Below the pieces are notes generated by a model that was given only the letters and a program-made list of their open reading frames with translations, was not told the origin of the DNA and ran no database searches. Positions 1 to 9,719 of a stretch of 64,000 nucleotides of DNA are shown here, one piece after another. The position numbers and the translations under genes are program-made. The stretch spans positions 1 to 64,000 of the forward strand of contig NEEC01000021.1 of NCBI GenBank assembly GCA_002189035.1, in the 5' to 3' direction. The stretch is from Utricularia gibba (Eukaryota; Plantae; Magnoliophyta). Within the stretch, counting starts at the first letter, position 1; each line of letters begins with the position of its first letter.

Positions 1-714
1 GTCTGTTGAATCTTTCACCACGATTTGCACGAGCAACTTCACGCTATCAATGGCTTGGGAGCTGCAAAAAATTTTTCCAAGTAGGAAGATAATGGACAAG
101 CAAGCAGTTAGTACACCATTCGAGCCTCTCATATTTTCAAGTTGTTCTAGTAAACAAAGGTCAAAAGATTCAACAATCAAAAAATGATTTCGTTTTCATT
201 CAAGGGTGCCCAATACAGACTCGTGCCACAGATAGTGAGTGTACATGTAGTGGTTGGTCATGTCTGAAGCCATTTGCATACCTGAAAGATTAGGGATAAG
301 TCAGATGCCACTAAAAACTCATGCTCCATCGATGATAGTAGTTAAGGATAAGGACAACACTAGTATGGGATGTACTATAAACAAGCAACAGAGGTGTTGC
401 ATGTGCAGGTTATAGGAAAATCCACATGCCATTCTTAACATTGAGTGATATTGACCTGTGTTGCCAAGTAAACATTGGTGGTAACAAGACTTGGGAATAC
501 CTGAACTGTTATTGTTTCAGAAGATATGGCATAGAGGATACAACATGAGAGTGAGCGAAGCCATGTTTTCTGATGAATCCCAGTAATATGATGAATAGCA
601 TTTGAAGAATATTGGGGATATTGCAGAAGTGAATATACATACATTGCACTAATTATAAGAAGTAAAAGCAAGAATTTAAGTTACACTTAAGTTTCTAATC
701 AATAATATTGAGTT

Positions 715-1030
715 AGTAGTTGGGCTTCAAGTCTGCCTTATAGACTAAAATATGTCTTCATTTTTTATGTGCGCTATTGAACTTCATGGGTCTTTTCGTT
801 TATTTTGTTTGAATTGAATAATTTTAGGGCTCTATTGTATATTATAAATACTATACAAATGTACTCTTTGGGGGATTTTTGCTTGTTTTATGCATCTTGT
901 GAAGCACTTACTCTTTTAAGTGATTGAATACATATGACTTATCAAGTTCTTGAACTTGTGATGTCTAAAGATCATCACTCGAAATTACTTCTCATTCTGA
1001 AATGGTTCTCCTGATATTCTCTTTTATTTT
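715..1030 (+). mobile_element. Highly degenerate CRM-type gypsy LTR remnant
   Basis: Motifs TATAAATACT..TGTACTCTTT..GACTTATCAAG..TCATCACT occur in the same order as in the LTR at 63390-63530. Boundaries are approximate. Confidence 0.35.
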
Positions 1031-1489
1031 AAAGGGCATTTTGACCGCTGTAAAATCTTTAGATATAGTATGATTTCCATTGTAATTAGACCGGGTGCTG
1101 CATCTCATGCATACTACAGGAGCTATGGTGTAGTATTTCAACAAAAATTCTTGTCCTTGTCTTCATAAGGTTATTAGTGTCAAGGGGCTTTACGTCCTGG
1201 TGTTGACTCAGACTTGCAGTAAAGATGTGGGCTTTTTTTTACCATGGATATGGGCCATGGCAATGGCGGTTCCAGATTGGCAATGCCTGTACTAGAAAAG
1301 CTGTCGTGATTATGAACCCTTTGTATTCACAACACCTTGTCCCAAAAAAGTAATTAGTTTATTGATGCTCCACTACTTTGAAAGGCATCGAAGGAGATGT
1401 TTAAATCATAAAATGGATTGAGCAAATCAGCCTTATGATGTGATGAGATCATGTATGCCACAGATAATAACAATGAAAGTGAGAGAAGG

Positions 1490-1710
1490 ATGGGCAATCT
1501 TCTGAAGCTCCACAATATTTGCAATCTCTTTATTCATCCCATGAAGTAACTTAGTCATAGTTGCTTGCCTATCTTCATGAACATTGGCTCTATTCATCAA
1601 GATCTCCATTTCCTTCCAATATTCCTACACTGACCTTGAGCGGGCTTGAGATTCTGCTACCGTTGATAAACATTTCTTTGGTAATGGTTTCGAACAAATC
1701 GCCTTCTCAT
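1490..1710 (-). pseudogene. gag: CRM-type Ty3/gypsy gag fragment (downstream half, split by a Copia insertion)
   Basis: Minus strand reads MRRRFVRNHYQRNVYQR*QNL..EYWKEMEILMNRANVHEDRQATMTKLLHGMNKEIANIVELQ (with a frameshift), the Retrotrans_gag core of CRM elements. Confidence 0.8.
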
Positions 1711-3352
1711 TGTTGGAAGCATTTTACTCTTGCTAAAAGAAGGAATTGTGCAAGTTGATAATGTTTATTATTCACCAAACCTCAAACAAAACCTGTTGAG
1801 CTTTGGCCAATTGAGCAGGCAAGGTTTTGATATTAAGCTGATGAAGGATGCGGGTGGTATAAACACTAAAGTTAAGGTTGTTGATCCAAAAACAAAGATT
1901 GAATTTCATGGTGTGTTGACCACCTACAACCTTTACGAAATCATGGTCAGTGATTGTAAAAGTTGTATTCTCTCACTTCAGGATCAAAGTAGCCTTTGGC
2001 ACAAACGTTTTGGGCACTATAACTTCAACAATCTGAAAATATTGCAAAAGAATAAGGAAGTACTGGAATTGAAAGACATCAAGTTTGCCGATACCATATG
2101 TGAAGTGTGCCATCAAGGTAAACAGTGTAGAAATCCCTTTTATTCCAGTGATTCAATAGCAAAGGAGAAATTAGAGCTTGTGCATACAGATGTTTGTGGA
2201 CCATTTAAGGAATGTTCATTAGGGGGATTAGATATTTTGTTACATTCATTGATGATTATTCACGTTATTGTTGGGTTTACTTTCTTAAAAGCAAGTCAGA
2301 AGATCCTCATATCTTTCGAAAATTCAAAGTGATGATTGAGAATCAGAGTGGATGCTCGTTGAAAATGATTAGATCACACAATGGAGGTGAATTCTGCAAT
2401 AGCATGATGTCACTTTTGATAAAGGTGCAAGGTATACTTTAATTGATGATTGCATTTCTCTTAATGATGCAGAAGCTCATAAAAGTCGTGGAAGGCATAG
2501 CACCCATGTGAAACGAGACCTCAGGACACACATACCTCAAAACTTCTCTTCCAGGAATTCAACAAACCAGAAACTTTAGGACTCGTACATGAAGATTCAA
2601 ATCAATTAAATGATCAGCATTTTCAAATGAGAATTTCTCACCTCCAGAGGAGGAGAAAGTCACAAATCAAGATAACTCATCCAATGAGAATTCAGAATCA
2701 AACTCAGAACCCCTATATGAATAATCTCATCAGACCAATTATCTGCATTCAGATGGTAATTTCAAAATCCCAGAAGAGGAGCAAGGCACGAATGCAGAAG
2801 ACTCATCAACAGATGAATCTGATGGAGAGGAACCTGATACTGATGATGAAGATTATTACCCATCTGATCGTGATTGGCAAAGGAGGAAACGCAAAAATAT
2901 CAAAGATTCAATAGATAATGAAGATAGTCATGTTACGGACATTAGAAGAAGCAAAAGAAATAAGGATCCTACAATAAGTTTCTCCAAGTTGAATGATGAT
3001 GTCCAAGATGCTGTAGCTGATATTTTGGCTGGATTATTGACAGGAGATCCAACATCATTTGAAGTGGTTGTACAAAATCCGAAATGGAGAGAGCCCATGA
3101 AGGAAGAAATGAATTCTATACTTGAAAATGAAATATGGGAGTTAGTTGATAAACCCCAAGGATAGGGGTTTCAATGATTGTGGCTCACTATTGGGTAACT
3201 TAGGTATTGGGTATATATAAACCCTACTAGGAATGCGTGTCAATTAGGTTTTCGGTCATTCTTATTGTTAATGAGTTGTTTTTCATCAACGGTAATCCCA
3301 TAAGCATTACCTTTTTGTAACTTCCCAAGACTCTATCTTTCATTCATCAACA
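1711..3352 (+). mobile_element. Internally deleted Ty1/copia element (1642 bp) inserted in the CRM gag
   Basis: TG...CA ends with TSD CTCAT (1706-1710, 3353-3357). Contains GAG-pre-integrase (SLWHKRFGH, CEVCHQGKQ), the integrase start, the acidic linker, the RT start and a 3' half LTR (3175-3352) matching 13446-13620. Confidence 0.9.
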
Positions 3353-3470
3353 CTCATGACTCTTTTCATCTCATCCCAAGTATGAATTGGTTCCTCATAA
3401 TCAATCCTTCGTTTACTCACCAATTGATCCCACCAAATTACAGCATAATTTGAGTGTGGCAGTGTTAATT
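3353..3470 (-). pseudogene. gag: CRM-type gag fragment (upstream half)
   Basis: Minus strand reads YAVIWWDQLVSKRRIDYEEPIHTWDEMKRVMR, which joins directly to MRRRFV at 1710 once the Copia and one TSD are removed. Confidence 0.85.
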
Positions 3471-4032
3471 GTCAAAAGATAGAGACACGAAGTGTGATGG
3501 ATGTAAGTTTGTTGCTTGTTGCAGTACATAAACAAAAACAATGGACAATAAACCAATGAGAATAAAAAAAGCAGGTGAAAGGGCACTAAACCCGAGGTAT
3601 GTTACTTGTGAGATTGTAGAAAAAAGGGAATGGGCAATAAACAAAGGCAGAAGTCCAATTAGATGATAGGGACAAGTAAATGACAGGGAATGGGTTATTC
3701 AAATAAAAGAGAATAAGAAATATATTACTTGTTGTAATGGGTGAAGTAGAAGAGTGGACAATAATTCATTGACAATTGATGGGTGTTCAGCTTCAACCTC
3801 CTTCTCTTTCTCACACTTGAATTTGATCTTGATGATGTTCCTCCTACTCAATTCAAAGTGGATTTCGAGGTCTTTCAGAATAAACTTCCCCTCCACCGAA
3901 GTTTTTTTTTTTTTTTTTTGTGCCAAAGACAAAAGTACTAAGAAGAATGTAGCTTGAACATTTTTTTTTCAATGAGCAGGAATGGATGATCTAACACAAG
4001 AACAGGATTCTAATAAAGAGAAAGAACTCAAC

Positions 4033-4044
4033 GCTCTGTTACCA
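4033..4044 (-). promoter_or_regulatory. Primer binding site (tRNA-iMet type, 1 mismatch) of the CRM element
   Basis: GCTCTGTTACCA is the reverse complement of TGGTAACAGAGC and lies 2 nt from the LTR end at 4047. Confidence 0.75.
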
Positions 4045-4046
4045 AA

Positions 4047-4680
4047 TGATGTGACTCTCTAATCTAAAAAAATTAGCAACCCACAAATAATAAGTGATTT
4101 TGAAGCTTAGAAAAGAACTCACTTAAGTCTACTCTCAATAGAACGAATCTCTTGCAACCAGACTTTGAAAGAAAAGGACTTAAGGAGCTATATTTCAGAA
4201 GGACAAGAAAATGGAAGTGATAATTCTAGGTTACTACAAATTCAAAGCTTGATAAGTCAAAAGTGTTTAACCACTCAAAGAAGAGGAAAATCCTCACAAG
4301 ATACATCAAAATGAACTAAAAGGTTCTCAAAGAGTACATCTCTAGAGTATTTATACTCTATAATTGGGTCCAACATTTCAAAGCCCAAACTAAATAAGAA
4401 ATGAAAGTCTACAAATCCAATAACACCCATGAAAGATGGGGTGATGTTTTGGACTTTAAGTTAAATTGATACTCCAATAGTTGAACTCCTTAATGGTAAT
4501 ACTTTAGTCCCAATTGTGATTCCAATAGTGTTGAATAGACCGTTGAGTTTAGCTTCAACCATCTTGTTCTTACTTCTTATAATTGGTCATAGAAGAATAA
4601 TCTTTATCTCTAATGTGTTTAGTTGATCAAATTTCTCATCGTTCTTTAAATATGCTGCATTATCTTCATGGGGCTCATCA
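4047..4680 (-). mobile_element. 5' LTR of the CRM-type element (634 bp)
   Basis: Reverse complement starts TGATGAGCCCC and ends GTCACATCA. It is colinear with the LTR at 63116-63699. Confidence 0.85.
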
Positions 4681-4689
4681 CCTTCTTTT

Positions 4690-5400
4690 CACAATAAAAA
4701 CATACTATCATTTACGCTTCTCCTTATGCCTCTTCTTATGCCTTGTATGCTGCTAGGACTTAGCTCTCCCTTTACTATTACCTCCCTTAGTTGTTCGGCC
4801 TCTATGAGTTCCCTCATTATACGTCAATGTGGATTTAGAGCCACTATATTTCTCAATTCCTGCATTTCGTCTCGTGCTCCTCGTACAGCGATGATACAGC
4901 GGCATCGAATTTCATACCACCATGCACAAAATTGCTCAAGGCAATAACAAGTCTCTCCCACAAGTCCGGTAGAGTACCCATCAGTTGTATTGTTTAAATT
5001 TCTTCATCAAAACTCATTTTCACCTATACCATGCGATTCACAATGTCCTTAAGCCTGGTCAAATCCTCCGAGACGGAATCACCCATCTTTTTATTTCAAT
5101 CTAGATATACTTTGATACAAAGTAAGTTTGTTTAAGGTATTATCCGGTCTGAACATGTCTTTTAACGCTTTCAACAGATGTTGCGCCATAAATGTTCAGA
5201 CCGGATAATGCCTTAAAATTTGTTGTCAATACATAAATTCATAATGGCTACTGCCTCTAAATGTAAACGGTACACCAATCTGCCTCCTCAACATTCGCAG
5301 GTCTGTTGGAGCTGCTGATTACAGGATGCCATAAGTCTTTGCACATTAGAATGGATTTAATCTTCATCTATACCTCTGATATCAATTCGAAAATTAATTG
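4690..5400 (-). pseudogene. gag: Tork/Tnt1-like copia gag remnant
   Basis: Minus strand reads KIKSILMCKDLWHPV..EAVAIMNLCIDN..KALKDMFRPDNTLNKLTLYQS, the same family as the gag at 36800-37140. Confidence 0.7.
5131..5217. repeat. 26-bp inverted repeat (1 mismatch) with a 35-nt spacer
   Basis: TTTAAGGTATTATCCGGTCTGAACAT (5131-5156) pairs with ATGTTCAGACCGGATAATGCCTTAAA (5192-5217). Confidence 0.95.
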
Positions 5401-5954
5401 TATCACAAGCTCCAAATTTGCGATGAACTTTGGCTGTTTTTACGACCTTGGAATGATTTAGTATTAATATGCAAGACACCTGCATTTTTACGAGGTAAAA
5501 CCCAGAAAACTGGGAAACACCTTAGGCTTGATTCACCCTTTGGAAGAGTAGCAATTAAAAACATGGAACCAGAATTACAACAGCTCACAAGCTCTGGTAC
5601 ACCAATAGCAATTACATGCACTCACACACTCAGCAACAATGATTTCCTCACCATTGTACCAGCGATCATGCTCCCAAACAGAAACCATATACCCCTTCAA
5701 ATGGGCCCATACCATTGCTGCATCATCCCATTATCACAACTGATCACAAAATGGCCCAGCAATATAATATCATCTTGTGGGGCCCAATATCACTTCCAGC
5801 CCATTGAAGGAAACTAACTGAATTTGTATCTTCCTTCTACGGAAAAGCGGGTTCATTCGTAAAAAATTTGCTAGTCCAAAAAATCAAACACCAAGTACGT
5901 TGCTCTAGGCATTACCACACACCGGATACTTGCTTCTATAACCCAAATGCAACA

Positions 5955-6100
5955 TGTGTAGGACGTAAGTAAGCACATAATGTTCAAATGGGCTTTCAAT
6001 AACAGGCTCAAATTGAGGCGTGAGATGCACCTGACAGTTACCACCCACTACATCCACAATTGGTGGAAGTGGAGTACATGGAGCCTGATCGATGATGAAG
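5955..6100 (+). mobile_element. Tork-like LTR fragment, inverted homolog of 7370-7495
   Basis: TAAGTAAGCACATAATG..AATAACAGGCTC..CCACTACATCCACAATT..GGAAGTGGA matches the reverse complement of 7375-7490. Confidence 0.65.
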
Positions 6101-6169
6101 AGTTCTGTAGGATATTGGGAAAAGGGAAAATTCATCTATTTCCGGAGGATTTGTAGTGATTGCAGAAGT

Positions 6170-6650
6170 CTGTTATGCTCCAGAAGTGGTTCAGAATCTT
6201 CTAAGCCTAGGTTAGTTACAAAATCAGAAATTTCAATTGGTACTATTGGAAAATGGAGTAAAGATTATGAAATTGTGAACCAAAAATTCAATGGTGGCTA
6301 CTAGAATGAGCGATAACTTGTATCAATTCAAACCTGCTGGAACACAAAAAGTAGTTTTCTCTGATTTTGAAAAATCACAAATGTTGCATAAGAGACTTGG
6401 TCGTTATGGAATAAGAAATCTCAAACTATTATAATAGAAGGGAGAAATCGGAAAACTAAGAAATATTGTTCTTTAAATACTGTTGTGAAGAATGTGATAG
6501 ACCATTTATCTGAGTATGAGTTGCAGTGATGACAAACTGAACGTCATCCAAACGATTTATGTGGACCTTTAAAGGAACTGTCCCTAAAATTGAAATCTGA
6601 AATTAAAATCTATGTCGATGACTTTATGAAATATTATAGGATTTCCATGA
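6170..6650 (+). pseudogene. Degenerate copia GAG-pre-integrase / integrase start
   Basis: Interrupted frames VVQNLLSLG..SQMLHKRLG..DLCGPLKELS..IYVDDF. Confidence 0.55.
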
Positions 6651-7119
6651 GTGATCATTGGTGTTAGAGATAAGGGGACTAATGATTTTTTAGAGGACCA
6701 ATTCTTTGATAATTTCATTTGCAATAATCACTGCAACATAGCAATAATTTCAATCTTATCAAAATGACCCATGGTTCTTTTTTACCATTCCATAAATGTT
6801 ATCAGACTTCTCCTTTGAATAGACTAACTTTTTAGTTATATAAAAAAGGTCTTACTCAAGAGTCTTAAAAATTTATGTAATATATTTTGGGAACAATACT
6901 TTTACTGTTAGTTGTCGAAGAAATTTAGATTTTTTAAATTTTATTTGAATTATTTGACAAGTGTCACTACCTTCTTCTTGGGGGGAGGATGACTTCACTA
7001 GGAAATTCATTGCTAGATTACCTACCAAACAACAAAGTAAATTATACCACCATTGCTCAAATTCTTGAAGGAAAAACCTTATTGTTTATCAATTATGAGA
7101 CCCTGTAAACTCAGTTGAA

Positions 7120-7829
7120 TGTGCGAAAAATGTTTCAAGTAAAAAACCCAACACCTTGGCTGGCAAAACCTTCTGTTATCTGGTTAGTCACCCCATATTT
7201 CAGAGTTCACTACAAACAAGAGGAACCACACTTGATCAACACACATAGAGCAACTACAAGGCACACTCAGCGCAGGAAACACACATTCCTTGTGATCACT
7301 CCTCCTGTAGCTGCTGTGTTGATCCACCATTTCCAACGTTCAAACAGAACTCCCCTCCTTGGATCAGGCTCCACCCCTGCTCGATATATTCCACTTCCAC
7401 GAATTGTAGATGTGGTGGGAGTGACAATCAGGCGCATCTCATTGAGCAGCCTGTTATTGAGCAGCCCATTTTTACATTATGGGCTTACTTACCACAATCC
7501 TTGCTTTAGTATGGTGCCATTAGGATTTTTCTTCAGCTTGAAGATCCATTTATTATCCATTGCTATCCTTCCCACATGTAGTTCTGTGAGTATGTATGTC
7601 TTATTCTTCCACAGAGATTGCATCTCATCCCTCATTGCTTCTAGCCATTTTCCTTTATCCGGTGACCGCATCACATCCTCCACTGATTTTGGTTCACCTT
7701 CTTCTGTGACAAGAATAAGATTATCGTGCTGATCATCTTAGCTGTTAAAGCACAGGTGTAGCCGTCTCTGGATCCTCATTTAGGGGTAAATCTACAACCT
7801 GGGAGGAGCTGCCCACCTTTGGTGGAACC
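7120..7829 (-). mobile_element. Tork-like copia remnant: linker and RT start fused by deletion to an LTR
   Basis: The ORF ..KWLEAMRDEMQSLWKNKTY..NKWIFKLK..KARIVV runs into an LTR beginning TGTGGTAAG (~7490) and ending ..CGCACA (~7120). Confidence 0.7.
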
Positions 7830-8268
7830 TGTTGGAGGTCAGCCTCAATCTAAAGATTGAAGGTGATTGGAAACATTAATCTTGTATCATAATGTCATGT
7901 TTCAGATAAAAAGAAGTTGGGTTCGAGCACGGAAGTGTTGGGTTCGAGTTGTTGGGCTTTTTGTGTGTTTTCAATAATTTTGGCCCACTATTGGGTAACC
8001 CAGGTATTGGATAAATATAAACTTTACTAGAAATGCGTGTCAATATGGTTTTCTGTCATTCTTATTGTTCATGAGTTTTTCATCCAAGGTGATCTCATAA
8101 GCATTACACTTTTGTTCCTTCCAAAAACGCTATCTTTCTTGTTTCAACATGGTATCATGGCAGTAAGGTTCTCAAAACTCTGTTTGTTTCAGTATATTAT
8201 TTACCGTACAACGTTTTTTACTTAGTGGATTACCAAATATCAACCAAAAACTTGTCAAACAGTGGCTA

Positions 8269-8484
8269 TGATGGCATCTGGTAGAGGACCTCCAATATTT
8301 GATGGTTCTGAGTATGGGCGGGGTCAAAAAGATGCGTAGCTACCTTCGTTCAGAAAGATTTGGGATGTTGTAGAAAGGGAGATTTCGGCTATTACAATAG
8401 CAAGCAAATCCACATCAAAACAGCAAGAGGAAGCTGAGTATCTTCAACAGAGAAAAGATGAAGCAATGAATGCCTTGTATCATG
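8269..8484 (+). pseudogene. gag: Copia gag N-terminus
   Basis: MMASGRGPPIFDGSEY..VKKMRSYLRSE..WDVVE (frameshifted), interrupted at 8485. Confidence 0.75.
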
Positions 8485-9678
8485 TGATATGACCCTCCAA
8501 TCAACAAGTGATTGGCAAACCAGATCTTGGCTGAAAAGAAGCAATCCTTCAAGAAAAAGAAGTTGGCCCTCAAGGATTGAAAGATTATTGCAACCCAAAC
8601 TATGAAATGGTACCACACTCACAGAATCAAGGAAGGAACTGGGAGTGATAAACCACACACTAGACACCACAAACAAGGCTTGATAACTCTAAGTTCTACA
8701 AGAACTCAAAGAAGGAGAATTTGCTCTCAAAAGTTATTACAATTCAAGTTGTCCAAAACATGAGTAAGGCCTTCTTTTATAGATGAACGATTGGGACTTA
8801 TTACAGGAAAAGTAGTAATAATAATGTATTTGGAAATAATAGGTCTTCTCTAATCAAGTTGATGCACTTTGAGAATGTTGAATTCCATGCCAAACACCTC
8901 ATAGCTTGGTTGATTGGCCCATAAGCTCTTAAGCGCTTCCTGATTCCTTCTTGCTCTTAATCTAATGATTGGCCCAACTGAAATCAATGTTAGATTATTG
9001 ATCTTGTAAACCTTATCTTCATTGTGATAATCTACAGCATCCATGATCTCATCATCCCCCTTCCTTTAGCAGATTCATCCTTGAATCATCACCATCTACA
9101 TCACAAGGAACTAAGTCAGCAATATTGAACGTGGAGTGCACCGAAAACTCACCTGGAAGATCAATCTTATAAGCATTTTCATTGATTTTCTCAATGACTT
9201 AAAAGGATCCATCTCCTTTGGGTGAAAGCTTTGAATGTCTCTTGCTTGGAAATCTTTCCTTTCGAAAATGTACCCAAACCCAATCTCCTGGTTGTAGAGT
9301 AACTTTCTTCCTATGTTTATTAGCTTTAGCTGCATACTCCCTGTTTTTGGCTTCCAATTGATTTCGAACCTTCTCATGCAGTGTTCTGATGGCATCAAAA
9401 CTACGAAATTCATCAGATGGCAAGGGCAACAAGTCTATAGGAGCACGAGGATTAAAACCATACACAATTTCAAAAGGAGAACAATGAGTAGAAGAATGTA
9501 CTGCTCTATTGTATGCTAAACCCAACTTACTCCAAAGTGTACGCCAAAAGTGGCTAAGAAACTTTGTGTCACGATCACTTACAATGGTAAATGGCATACC
9601 ATGAAGCCGAACAATCTCCATGAAGAATAAATCGGCAACAAGCGAAGCATCATCAGTCTTGTGACATGGAATGAAAGC
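8485..9678 (-). mobile_element. CRM-type gypsy 3' fragment (integrase end, PPT, 3' LTR 8485-9054) nested in the copia gag
   Basis: Integrase [47 protein letters not shown] precedes the LTR TGATGAG..GGTCATATCA, and a GPIIRLRARR CR-like motif lies inside the LTR. Confidence 0.88.
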
Positions 9679-9719
9679 TCCATCAGCTGTATTCTGAATA
9701 TCCTGTTACACCAGAGCCA

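Noticed and set aside
1-680. Possible host-gene exons (splice-like TTTCAG|GTATG on the minus strand; 78-aa ORF)
   Set aside because: No recognisable protein family in any frame, and stops in all frames.
1090-1490. Mostly open plus-strand frame and a kinase-like GTAIAMAHIHG on the minus strand
   Set aside because: No other kinase motifs and several stops; probably chance.
5398-5817. 139-aa plus-strand ORF
   Set aside because: No domain similarity. It overlaps what looks like the UTR, degenerate PBS (~5591) and LTR of the minus-strand Tork remnant.
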